NCBI GenBank assembly: GCA_964563055.1
Contig: CAZLVP010000014.1
Location: 4,537 to 68,536 of the forward strand
Origin: an uncultured Thermoplasmatales archaeon
GTDB taxonomy: Archaea; Thermoplasmatota; Penumbrarchaeia; Penumbrarchaeales; Penumbrarchaeaceae
Direction: 5' to 3'
DNA: 64,000 nucleotides
In this document: piece by piece, positions 1-9,384 of the stretch
Position numbering within the stretch: position 1 is the first letter of the stretch
Layout of the letters: each line of letters begins with the position of its first letter
Translations under genes and position numbers: made by a program
The notes under the pieces: generated by a model
Told to the model about the DNA's origin: nothing
Database searches by the model: none
What the model saw: only the letters and a program-made list of their open reading frames with translations

Positions 1-1832
1 GAGGGTACATAGAATATGCCCTTGACACCGAGGAAGGCCTCCACACGACCTATTTCGCTGTTTTGACGCTGAAAGCTCTCGGGGAGTCATTCGATGCTAG
101 TTCAGTTGAATCGTTTGTGAGGATGAAGTTCGAGGAACGGATGGATGGCGGATTCGGGGAGGAGCCGGGTTTCAGCTCCAATTCAAGGACGACCTTCGAT
201 GCGGTCTCTGCGTTGAACAGGATCGGACACCGTCCCATTGACCGGCAGGCTGCAGCAAGGCACATGACTATTCTCAGAAACAATGACGGAGGCTACGGGG
301 CGAACAACCTCTCGAACATAGAGACCACCTACAGGGCTGTCCTCTCCCTCCAGATGCTCGGGGAGCCTCTGGAGGAACCTGCAATGACGATCGATTACGT
401 AAGAGGACTCCAGAACAATGATGGAGGTTTCGGTTTCGCGGAGGGCTATATCTCGAGAGGCGCCTACACGTACAGGGCAATAAGGACCCTTGGGGTCCTT
501 GGTTCTTCCCCCTACAATATCGATGGGGCGGTCAGGTTCTTAAAGGACCTGCAGAACATTGACGGGGGCTTTGGGAACTTCAAGGGTGAGGAGGACTCCG
601 ACCTCACATCGACCTATAGGGCAATCAGGAGCCTGAAGATCCTTGGTGCCGAACCCCTATACATTGACAATGCGGAGGATTTCGTTCTAGGTTCGATGAA
701 TCCCGATGGTGGATTCAAGAGGTCCCCTTCCGATATCACAGCACCTATGAACTATTCGACCTCCCTAAACACCTACAATGCGGTCCTTGCCCTATACTTC
801 CTTGGCAAGCCTCTGCAGGACAAAGCCCTGACCTATAGTTTCCTTAGGCTCCTTCGAAATCCTGACCTCGGTTTCGGACCCAATCCCTTCTTCACATCCA
901 CTGTTACGGACACCTTCACAGCGCTTTGGGCCATCTTCTACTTGTCGGGCAATGCCATCGACATGCCTCCGTCGCTCATTAACCAGTCCTTTTCCCCAAA
1001 AGACCCTCATTCTACGACACTGATCGAGTTTACAGTGGAGTGGTCGGACCCGGAGGGACAGTTCCCTGAGTATGTTCATTTGGAAGTGGACGGATCGAAG
1101 TATCTGATGTCACCCATCACCCCGAAAAACCACCTCTATACGGCAAAGATAATGCTACCCCAGGGTAATCATTCTTTCTACATATCCGCGAGCGATGGGT
1201 TGAACCTAGTGAGGTCGACCCCATCTCATATCGATATCCATCAGGCAACCATCTCTAGGTCTGTAAGGGTCATTATCGACCCTGTCGAAGGAATGGAAGA
1301 TACCAAGTTCAGTTTCCTCGTCGATTACGATAGCCCTGAAATAATTGACCCTGTCTATGTCCAGGTCCAGCTGGACTCCGGAGAGTGGAAGAATGTTACA
1401 ATGGACAGTTCGGACCATTATTCGATAGAGGCGACATTGAAGCCCGGTGTTCATTTGACACGGGCTCGGGCCTTTACTGGTGATGACTTCGTATATTCCG
1501 ATAAGATGTACGGCCCGGTGGTCCACTCCCTGAGCCCCTCGAGACCAGATTGGCCGACTTACCTTAAGATCAAAGACCTCATCAACAGGACCTACGGACA
1601 GACCGTGGATTTCGATAATGTCACTAGAGAGACGAAGGACGGCAAGCTCGTTTGGAGGGTAGCTCTGGACGGTAGGCAAGTCTTTGTGACCTATGATGGT
1701 GAGAGGATCTTCGATGAGAGGGACAACGAAGAAACCGACCTCTTATCATTCCTAGCCCTAGCCGTTGTCCTTATCTTCGTCCTTTCGATCGTCACCCTGG
1801 GCCTCTACATGGTTTATAGGAAGAAGGGATAG
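1..1832 (+). CDS. Prenyltransferase/squalene-oxidase-like (alpha-alpha toroid) repeat protein with C-terminal TM anchor; 5' end runs off the window
   Basis: Repeated NNDGGFG...TYRAxxxLxxLG units typical of PFTB repeats. Frame 3 stays open from base 3 with the same repeat pattern (TTYFAVLTLKALGE), so the gene starts upstream of the window. Hydrophobic C-terminal helix followed by YRKKG. Confidence 0.6.
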   Translation, partial: GYIEYALDTEEGLHTTYFAVLTLKALGESFDASSVESFVRMKFEERMDGGFGEEPGFSSNSRTTFDAVSALNRIGHRPIDRQAAARHMTILRNNDGGYGANNLSNIETTYRAVLSLQMLGEPLEEPAMTIDYVRGLQNNDGGFGFAEGYISRGAYTYRAIRTLGVLGSSPYNIDGAVRFLKDLQNIDGGFGNFKGEEDSDLTSTYRAIRSLKILGAEPLYIDNAEDFVLGSMNPDGGFKRSPSDITAPMNYSTSLNTYNAVLALYFLGKPLQDKALTYSFLRLLRNPDLGFGPNPFFTSTVTDTFTALWAIFYLSGNAIDMPPSLINQSFSPKDPHSTTLIEFTVEWSDPEGQFPEYVHLEVDGSKYLMSPITPKNHLYTAKIMLPQGNHSFYISASDGLNLVRSTPSHIDIHQATISRSVRVIIDPVEGMEDTKFSFLVDYDSPEIIDPVYVQVQLDSGEWKNVTMDSSDHYSIEATLKPGVHLTRARAFTGDDFVYSDKMYGPVVHSLSPSRPDWPTYLKIKDLINRTYGQTVDFDNVTRETKDGKLVWRVALDGRQVFVTYDGERIFDERDNEETDLLSFLALAVVLIFVLSIVTLGLYMVYRKKG

Positions 1833-1867
1833 AATGGACAGGATAGAGGGGATTAGGGGGATTTGAA

Positions 1868-3493
1868 ATGAAACTGCAGGATTATCTGACCTATGGGGGA
1901 TCGGTTTTCATAGTATTGATAGCGGTGATCTGGGTTCGCCTTAACCTCGATCTTTTCTCTCCCGTTCTTGAGGCATCGCTATTGTTCTTCATGCTCATAA
2001 TCGCCTCTACCGTCATAGCCGTGCTCAGGAACGTGGGCGGCCTGAAGACCTTCGGCGTATTCGGACCCGTAATCGTGGCCTTCGGGCTCATCCAGATAGG
2101 ACTTATCGTAGGTCTCTCCCTTTATATGGACATCTTCTTAATTGCCATGCTTACGTCGCTCGTCCTTCATCGCCTCGAGATATCCTCCAGCCACAGGATC
2201 GCTGTTGTGATCACCATCTCGGCGATAGCCATCACCCTTTTGGAACTCATAGGGGAGATTTTCCACCTCCACACCCTTGAACTGTCCATACTCTTCCCTA
2301 TAGTCATAACCGCATGGCTCGGGGACAGGTTCATAATGCAAGTCAGGGAAACGGACTGGATAGAACCCTCAAAAAAGCTCCTCGGGACCATCGTCGCCAT
2401 CATTGTTTCGTTCTTCATCATTTCCATAGACCCCCTGGTCATGTTCATCGCCCTGAATCCCGAGACGTGGGCCGTCCTGATACTAATTAACGTTGTGATA
2501 GCCTTAAAGGTCAATTTCAGGTTGATGGAATATCTCAGGTTCAAACCTGCTATGAAAGCTTCGGGGAAGACCACCGATGTCCTATCCCTGAACAAGAGGA
2601 ACCGTGACATAATAGCGAGATACAATCCACCGAACCTTTATCCCCACATCAAGAAGGATAGGATGAAGAGGACCTTCCATCAGCTTGGGGTGCCTACGCC
2701 TGATACATACTGCATAATTAAGACAAAGACTGAGCTAGCCTGCGCTGAGATCGTAATGAAGAAGTACGACTCCTTCGTCATCAAGCCGTCAGGGGGATTG
2801 GGAGGGGAGGGCATCCTTGTGGTGAACAAGGACGAGAAGGGGAGGTTCGTCACCAAAGGAAGGGAGCATTCGATGGATGAGCTTAAACGGCATATCGTCC
2901 AGATACTTGATGGACAATACACGTCCGATTGGACCGATGTTGCTATTATAGAACAGAAGGTCGTCACGGATGTGGTCCTCGACGGTTATTATCACAAAGG
3001 TGTACCAGACATAAGGGTGATAGTATTCGAAGGATTCCCAGTGATGTCCATGTCAAGGCTGCCGACGGTGGAATCCGACGGGGCCGCGAACCTGCATAAA
3101 GGGGCTATAGGGATGGGGCTAAGGATAGACGATGGCAAGGGGGTGAACCCGTTCTGGAAAGGGCATGGTGGGACCTTGACCAAACACCCCGATACCGGAA
3201 AGGACCTGACATCTCTTAAGGTCCCTGGTTGGACCAAGCTCCTTGAGATAGCATCCCATGCCCAGGCCTCGAGCAGATTGGGCTATGTCGGTGTGGATGT
3301 GGTCCTTGACCGGAGCGGGCCTATGGTCCTCGAGGTGAACAAGAGGCCAGGGCTTGAGATACAGAACACGAACCTTGCAGGCCTATTAAAACGGATCAAT
3401 TACATCGAGGCCCGGTTGCAGGAGGTCCAATTCCTTCCCATAAAGGAGAAGGTTGCGCTTTCGCAGAGATGGGACAGGCAGGGATGGAAATGA
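1868..3493 (+). CDS. Multi-TM (about 7 helices) N-terminal domain fused to a C-terminal ATP-grasp peptide-ligase-like domain (RimK/alpha-L-glutamate-ligase-like, 'sugar-transfer associated ATP-grasp' type)
   Basis: First ~220 aa are hydrophobic helices. The C-terminal part has ATP-grasp hallmarks (KPSGGLGGEGI, GAIGMGLRIDDGKGV, YVGVDVVLDRSGPMVLEVNKRPG). It overlaps the downstream gene by 25 nt. Confidence 0.6.
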   Translation: MKLQDYLTYGGSVFIVLIAVIWVRLNLDLFSPVLEASLLFFMLIIASTVIAVLRNVGGLKTFGVFGPVIVAFGLIQIGLIVGLSLYMDIFLIAMLTSLVLHRLEISSSHRIAVVITISAIAITLLELIGEIFHLHTLELSILFPIVITAWLGDRFIMQVRETDWIEPSKKLLGTIVAIIVSFFIISIDPLVMFIALNPETWAVLILINVVIALKVNFRLMEYLRFKPAMKASGKTTDVLSLNKRNRDIIARYNPPNLYPHIKKDRMKRTFHQLGVPTPDTYCIIKTKTELACAEIVMKKYDSFVIKPSGGLGGEGILVVNKDEKGRFVTKGREHSMDELKRHIVQILDGQYTSDWTDVAIIEQKVVTDVVLDGYYHKGVPDIRVIVFEGFPVMSMSRLPTVESDGAANLHKGAIGMGLRIDDGKGVNPFWKGHGGTLTKHPDTGKDLTSLKVPGWTKLLEIASHAQASSRLGYVGVDVVLDRSGPMVLEVNKRPGLEIQNTNLAGLLKRINYIEARLQEVQFLPIKEKVALSQRWDRQGWK

Positions 3494-4560
3494 TGAGAAA
3501 GGTCGTCACCCTCATCGTCACTGCGGTCCTCATCGTCGCCGGAGGTTTCCTAGTGTTCTTCCTCTTGGACAAGCCCGAGATCGATACCTACGAAAGGACC
3601 ACCATGTCCGTCGATGTCACTATCTCCGTGAAGAACCTCGGGAGCGCTCCCGCTATGGACGTCCCTATTAGGTTAGCCCTGCCTCTAGACATCCCGGATA
3701 GACAAGAGCTGATCTCAGTCTCATATTCACATGAACCTAGCAGGGTATCCAACGACAGCTTCGGGAACGATTTCGTCCACTTCGACATCCCCATTCTGCC
3801 TCCGCAAGGCCAGTTCAATCTTACCCTTACCTTGGGACTCAAGGTTTGGTCTCGGGACATTACTTTGAGCCATAAGGGAGGCAGCGAGGAGAACCTCTCT
3901 AAGTATATCCTCGAAAGTGCCCTTATAAACGTAAATGACGAGAACGTCCTGGAAAGGGCAAGGTCGATATCGTCGATGTCCAGCGACATTCTTGACATCA
4001 CTTGGAACACCTACGAATGGGTGATAGAGAATATTAGGTACCAGCAGGTCGCGGGAGAGCTCGATGCGGCGACGACCTTAAGAAACATGGAGGGGGGTTC
4101 GGCGGAGATCGCTAACCTCTACGTCGCACTATTACGCGCGAACGGTGTCCCCGCAAGGCGCATCTCTGGTTGGGGTTATCATTTTGCCGAGGGGGATGAC
4201 ATTCCTATCTCGAACTTCGCCCACGGCTGGGCGGAGTTCAACGTGCCTGGCTTCGGATGGATTCAGGTAGATCCCACGTGGGGAAAGGCCCAGAAATTCG
4301 ACAATTATGCAAAGACCGACCCTTATCACATCGCATTGACCCTTGGAGCTGGTGTGCATTATCTATGGAGAGGTCCTTTCACGACACCCTACGGGGAGAC
4401 TAGCGTGGATACGGATTACTCCATTCATGTGAAGGACCTGCAAACCAAGAACCTATCTCTTAAACGAGATATCATCTATTATCTCATCCTCGCTCTCCCG
4501 CTCCTATTCGTCATTTTTATAATGATCAAGGTATTGAAGCGCAGGAAGAACGCGGAATGA
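3469..4560 (+). CDS. Membrane-anchored transglutaminase-like domain protein with Ser in place of the nucleophile Cys
   Basis: N-terminal and C-terminal TM helices. Core GGSAEIANLYVALLRANGVPARRISGW...HGWAEFNVPGFGWIQVDPTWG aligns to the transglutaminase Cys-His-Asp core, but the Cys position is Ser. It overlaps the ATP-grasp gene, indicating an operon. Confidence 0.55.
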   Translation: MGQAGMEMMRKVVTLIVTAVLIVAGGFLVFFLLDKPEIDTYERTTMSVDVTISVKNLGSAPAMDVPIRLALPLDIPDRQELISVSYSHEPSRVSNDSFGNDFVHFDIPILPPQGQFNLTLTLGLKVWSRDITLSHKGGSEENLSKYILESALINVNDENVLERARSISSMSSDILDITWNTYEWVIENIRYQQVAGELDAATTLRNMEGGSAEIANLYVALLRANGVPARRISGWGYHFAEGDDIPISNFAHGWAEFNVPGFGWIQVDPTWGKAQKFDNYAKTDPYHIALTLGAGVHYLWRGPFTTPYGETSVDTDYSIHVKDLQTKNLSLKRDIIYYLILALPLLFVIFIMIKVLKRRKNAE

Positions 4561-5617
4561 TTCTATGGTAGAATGGGATCCCGTGATCTACTATAAATTG
4601 TTTAAAAAGTGATTTGAGCTTTTAACTCCGGATTTTTCTGGTTACATTATTCCATAAAAAAATCTGAGACCAGGTCTTATAGCCCTACCTTATAACCTTG
4701 AATATGGCCTGAATCTACCCTACTTTAAGGTTAACGACCTGATCAGGGACGATTGGTATAGAAGGTCGATTTTTTCCTTAGGATTTTGAGATGTGATATA
4801 TTTCAATGAATCCGATCGGATCATTTTCCTCATTTGCATGATATTGTCTCTTAGATCATTAGTAAGTTGGTCAGAGGTCTGTGCAAATTCCTCTGCTATG
4901 GTCCTGTAATTTTCCAAGGATTGGATTTCGTATAGAATATAGCACATCATGTTCTTCCACCAGGCTTCCTCAAGAAGTTCCCAATCATTTTCTTGGAAGT
5001 CAATTTTATATTAATAATCAATTATTCCATGAGAATGTTATGTTTTATCAAACTATATTTTAAAAATGGCATGAAATACTGTATCCTCTTTAAGCAATCC
5101 CTTCACCGTTAGCCAGTCAATTAAGAAAGGCAGGGAGATATTTGAAGACTATCTATGGTAGAGGGTGAATATTTAAAATATAATAAAATTTACATCAAAA
5201 TATAACCCTCTACGATTTAAATATATATGCAAAATATTAAAACGATAGGAGTACGGCATGGGGAATCCAGAAATGAGGTCTGATTTCCGATTTTTTTTTA
5301 TTATTTACCCGCAAAATGCTATTAGCTACTCTGGTGGCTTAATTTTTACTTTCGAAGAAAGTAATGTTACGCAGGGATTTGAACTCCCATGGGGTCTTGG
5401 GATATTACCCATAGCGCCTTAAACTGTTGGATACGAAAGGTTATTGATAGACCATTGGGAGGCCAGAACCGTTGGTAGAGGTATGGGATGCATTTTTTCA
5501 ATCTCCTAATTGAAGGAACGTACACCTATCCGATGAAAAAATCCCGTTCATCAATCGTTCTGTGAACACCGGATTATATCCATCTGATGTTTTGCTCCTC
5601 TCGTAGAATATGAAAAG

Positions 5618-6553
5618 GTGTTGAAAATGAGCGAGACCAAGAATGAATCCCATACGAACGCTAAGGCTCCCAATAGGGAGGTGCAAGGTTACGTTCAACC
5701 CAAAGGAAAGATGGATAGGACGAGGACGATTATTTACTATTTTACAGGAACTGGCAATTCGTTGTCTGCGGCCAGGGGGATCGCGTCATCCCTAGGGGAC
5801 ACCGAGCTTGTACCTCTTATCGGTTTAAGATCTCAAAAAGGCCCGATCGTACCTTCGGCCGAGCGGATAGGGTTCGTATTCCCAGTCCACAGGTTCACGG
5901 TGTCCGAGGTCGTTATTGAAGTCTTGCCTAAACTGGATCTCTCTTCGGCGAAATACATCTTCATAGTCATGACGATGGGAGGGATCGGGAACGGCGCGGT
6001 CAGGTTTGCCACTAAGCTGGTGAAAGAGAAATGCGGTAGAACCCCGGACGCCTCGTTCGCGCTTGTTATGCCAGGAAACTTCGCACCTATGCAGAGGCCA
6101 CCAGATGGGCTGAAGAGGGACCGACAGCTAGAGAAATCCGGAAGGAGGTTAGAGGCGATAATCCAAGCGATCTCGTCCGGAAAGAAGATGAGACCAGGAT
6201 GGGACCCGCTCTCAGTCGCGCTCCTTACCTTGACTAAGGGTGGGGTAGAGAGGAACAAGGGGAAGGGGGATACCTTCTACACAGTTGACGATAGGTGCAC
6301 TGGATGTGGTATCTGTAATAGGATTTGCCCCATGAACAATATCAGCCTCGACAAGAACGTTCGCCCGGTCTGGAACCATGACTGTACCAGCTGCGCAGCC
6401 TGCCTGAATTTCTGCCCCACGCAGGCGATCCAAATGAAGGTAATGCTAGGGACCGAAGGACGAGGCAGATATAGGCACCCAGACCTTAGGATCGAGGATA
6501 TGAAAGAACAGAATGGATCATTTTCCGTGGAACGAAAAGATATTATTGTATAG
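5618..6553 (+). CDS. Flavodoxin-like domain fused to a 2x[4Fe-4S] ferredoxin domain (possible start at Met 5711)
   Basis: IIYYFTGTGNS flavodoxin-like phosphate-binding loop. C-terminal CTGCGICNRICP and CTSCAACLNFCP cluster motifs. Confidence 0.6.
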   Translation: MLKMSETKNESHTNAKAPNREVQGYVQPKGKMDRTRTIIYYFTGTGNSLSAARGIASSLGDTELVPLIGLRSQKGPIVPSAERIGFVFPVHRFTVSEVVIEVLPKLDLSSAKYIFIVMTMGGIGNGAVRFATKLVKEKCGRTPDASFALVMPGNFAPMQRPPDGLKRDRQLEKSGRRLEAIIQAISSGKKMRPGWDPLSVALLTLTKGGVERNKGKGDTFYTVDDRCTGCGICNRICPMNNISLDKNVRPVWNHDCTSCAACLNFCPTQAIQMKVMLGTEGRGRYRHPDLRIEDMKEQNGSFSVERKDIIV

Positions 6554-6569
6554 TTAAGGAGGGAAAGCT

Positions 6570-7079
6570 TTGAGGATCGAATATTTCCATGCATCGAAGT
6601 ACGGAAATGGGATCATGGTCGCCCAGGAGTTCAAGGAACAGATTTCAAGAAAAGGTGTAAGTGTAAATATTCACCATATCAAGGATATTGGTCCTAAGAT
6701 GATACATTCAGCAGAGCTCTATCTGTTCAGCTCACCTGGACGGATGGGTGGACCGACATGGGGTATGCGCCGGTTCCTTAAGAAGGTCAAACTGCCCGAA
6801 GGAACAAAATATGCCATACTAACAACTGAGCTTGCCCCCCAACCTGATAAAAGGACCGGAAAGATGCCCAGCGAAGAGGGGTTGGGCGACTGCCAACGGA
6901 TCATTCTCAGAATGAACGAGATCCTGCGGAAGAGGGGGCTAATCAGGATTGCTGAAGGTAAGATAATCGTGGCTGGTCTAAAGGGACCGCTTGAGGAGGG
7001 CTGGCAGACCAAAGTGACAGAATTCGTAAAGACCATTTCTACCATCATGGAACGAGGTAAACAGGAAGATTCGAGGTGA
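6570..7079 (+). CDS. Flavodoxin-like fold protein (hypothetical)
   Basis: 169 aa with a glycine-rich SSPGRMGGPTWG loop and alpha/beta character. Lies 17 nt after the preceding flavodoxin-ferredoxin gene on the same strand. Confidence 0.35.
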   Translation: MRIEYFHASKYGNGIMVAQEFKEQISRKGVSVNIHHIKDIGPKMIHSAELYLFSSPGRMGGPTWGMRRFLKKVKLPEGTKYAILTTELAPQPDKRTGKMPSEEGLGDCQRIILRMNEILRKRGLIRIAEGKIIVAGLKGPLEEGWQTKVTEFVKTISTIMERGKQEDSR

Positions 7080-7166
7080 GGGTATGAGGTAGAGGGAGCT
7101 CGTAGGGGGCGGAGAAAAACGATCTGGACCTGGTCCGTGGTGTTGATTTTAGTAAAAGTACCTTAG

Positions 7167-7406
7167 AAAGAGCTCATAACGAACAGCCCCTACGCTATTG
7201 TCAAACATCCCTTGTATACCAGTATGGCTTTCTTGGTGCTTCCATTGATTGGCTGGTTCTTGAACTCATGGTTGGGGATTTTATTGGGAGCTATCATTTA
7301 TATTGGTTCTAGATTTTTTTCACCCAAGGAAGAACAGGACCTATCTCGAACCTTTGGTAAAGCCTGGAACGATTATTGTGGGAAAGTGAAAATCCCTTGG
7401 CTATGA
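7167..7406 (+). pseudogene. 5'-truncated remnant of an ICMT/PEMT-family (isoprenylcysteine carboxyl methyltransferase-like) membrane methyltransferase
   Basis: Open frame right after a TAG at 7164 reads KELITNSPYAIVKHPLYTSMAFLVLPLIGW...EEQDLSRTFGKAWNDYCGKVKIPWL. This matches the conserved C-terminal RHPxY...EE..L...FG..Y..Y motif of the family. The ~100 aa N-terminal TM region is absent and no upstream frame continues it. Confidence 0.5.
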
Positions 7407-7463
7407 TATGTATCCTAGGGATATCTTAGCTTTATAAAATTATACTATACATTATGTCGACCC

Positions 7464-8396
7464 TTAAGACTGGCCTACCTTCGCCTTTTCTCGAAGTAGT
7501 TTGTCCCGCCAAGTATCTTGCATCCATCCGTTCTTAATGACGGTCGAGAAAACGTTTTCGACCCCTGGACAGTTCCGGATGGATTCAATGAGCTCATTGT
7601 ATTTCTTCATGGAAGGAGCCCAAGCGTTGCTTATGACCATTCCTACTACGTTGCTCAGAGATGCAGTGAGGAACAAGGATCCACCAAACCTGCGATCTAT
7701 CTCATCGCGGGTCCGCTTCAGATCGGCGTCTTTCCTTAAGATTATGGCCATCTGGGCGGTTAGGCCGGACGCGTTCCCAGGGCGCCAGTCGATGTCGAAA
7801 TGGACAGCCCCGTCCTCCATCAGCCTGTCCAGATGCTTCGTCACTGTCCGGACGGAGGCGTCGCACCTAGCTGCGATGTCCGCGACCGACATGCGGGCGT
7901 CCTCGTGTAGAGCGTTTACTATTTGATGGTCCAGCTTCGACAGCTCAGGGACACCTTTATAATTGCTATCGAGGACCTTTTCCCCGAACCTGACCTGGGA
8001 GTCGAATAATACATGCGGTTCGGGCATCTGTACCGCCGTACGCATGTACTCGACCAACGGGTCTATGTCCCTGATATCGTGCAGTATGCATTCCAAGAAG
8101 TAATGGTCTTGTCCCTCCCCGACGAAGACGGACTGGACCATCTCGTTCTGCCTGAGCGCCTTTTCCACTTCCTCGGGACTTCCCGTGGACCTTCCCTCTA
8201 TCAGCAGGCGGATGGCACGAAGGTATCCTAGGGACAATGATGCCTTGTAATGGTGGACCAATCCTTCCTCCTTCAACAACTGCATTCGGCGATGCGTGGC
8301 CTGGACCGAGATCCCTAGCTTGTCCGCCAGCTCCCGGACCGGGGCCCTCGAGCTGACGAAGAGCATCTGACACAACCGTATGTCTGTCTCGTCCAT
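7464..8396 (-). CDS. Double-HTH Lrp/AsnC-type transcriptional regulator (two HTH_AsnC-like modules plus effector domains)
   Basis: N-terminal DIRLCQMLFVSSRAPVRELADKLGISVQATHRRMQLLKEEG and a second HTH (IVNALHEDARMSVADIAARCDASVRTVTKHLDRLMEDG) within the 310 aa protein. Confidence 0.5.
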   Translation of the reverse strand: MDETDIRLCQMLFVSSRAPVRELADKLGISVQATHRRMQLLKEEGLVHHYKASLSLGYLRAIRLLIEGRSTGSPEEVEKALRQNEMVQSVFVGEGQDHYFLECILHDIRDIDPLVEYMRTAVQMPEPHVLFDSQVRFGEKVLDSNYKGVPELSKLDHQIVNALHEDARMSVADIAARCDASVRTVTKHLDRLMEDGAVHFDIDWRPGNASGLTAQMAIILRKDADLKRTRDEIDRRFGGSLFLTASLSNVVGMVISNAWAPSMKKYNELIESIRNCPGVENVFSTVIKNGWMQDTWRDKLLREKAKVGQS

Positions 8397-8413
8397 ATCG
8401 GCGGATTATTGGA

Positions 8414-9346
8414 TTAACGGTTTAAAAATCCTGCCCTATCGACAAGCATCCGGTCCCGCCAGGTGTCCTGGACCCAGCCATCCTGGAGCATCTTTGACAT
8501 CACCATATCCACACCCTCGGTCCTACCAATGTCGTCGACGAGGTCCTTCTGGGCCATTACGGTCGGCGTCCAGCAATAGAGTCCTAGGACATCCAACATG
8601 TTAACGAACGATGTGATGAATATAACGGAATACCCGAAAGCGGACCCGATGGCATCCCTCACCTTCGAAATCTCCGCACCCTTCTTGATCCTAACCATAA
8701 CAATAGATGTGATGCCTGTCGAGTACGCAGGGTTCCAATCCAACCCGAACTCCAGCGCCCCCTCCTTAATCATCCGGTCGAGATGCCGTTTCACGGTCCG
8801 GGGTGATAGTTCCAGATCCTCGGCGATATCCTCCAGCATCTTTCGGGAGTCGTCCTGGATCGCGTGGGCGATCCTATAGTCGACCGATGAGAGCTCCGAA
8901 GGGCCCGTATACCTCCTGTTGAGCACTGTGCCGCCGAACCGAACCTGGGACTCAATTGAGATGAAAGGGTCCGATATCCTCACCTTGTCCTTGACGAACA
9001 TGGCGATGTCATCCAGGTCCTTTATTTCCCTCGGGATGAACGAGATGTTTAGGAAGTCCTCGCCAGCGATGAGGACGACGTATACCATATCGTTCGATCT
9101 CAGGACCCTCTTGACCTCATCTTGGTCCGATAGAGTTGACCTGCCCGAAACGTATACCCGACACGTGTGCAGATACTCAACCGAGAGGAACGTCATATAC
9201 CTTCGTATTATCCCTTCGTCCTTGAGGTTCTGCATCCTGCGGTGAGTCGCTTGAACGGATATGTCCAGCTTGTCGGATAGCTCCCGGACCGTGGCCCGGG
9301 AGTTCGAGAACAGCAGTTGGCACAAACGGATGTCCATCGCGTCCAT
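8414..9346 (-). CDS. Paralogous double-HTH Lrp/AsnC-type transcriptional regulator (tandem duplicate of the previous gene)
   Basis: Same 310 aa length and colinear similarity (MDxxDIRLCQ.LF..SRA.VREL.DKL.ISVQATHRRMQ.LK.EG ... GWxQDTWRD). Separated from its paralog by 17 bp. Confidence 0.5.
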   Translation of the reverse strand: MDAMDIRLCQLLFSNSRATVRELSDKLDISVQATHRRMQNLKDEGIIRRYMTFLSVEYLHTCRVYVSGRSTLSDQDEVKRVLRSNDMVYVVLIAGEDFLNISFIPREIKDLDDIAMFVKDKVRISDPFISIESQVRFGGTVLNRRYTGPSELSSVDYRIAHAIQDDSRKMLEDIAEDLELSPRTVKRHLDRMIKEGALEFGLDWNPAYSTGITSIVMVRIKKGAEISKVRDAIGSAFGYSVIFITSFVNMLDVLGLYCWTPTVMAQKDLVDDIGRTEGVDMVMSKMLQDGWVQDTWRDRMLVDRAGFLNR

Positions 9347-9384
9347 ATAGTAAAACGAACGAGGGCATCGTAATATAAAATTTT

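Noticed and set aside
4720-4950. 76-aa minus-strand ORF in the AT-rich gap
   Set aside because: It is isolated with no RBS or promoter context I can support. Its composition is AT-driven and there is no recognisable motif. Kept only as part of the gap finding.
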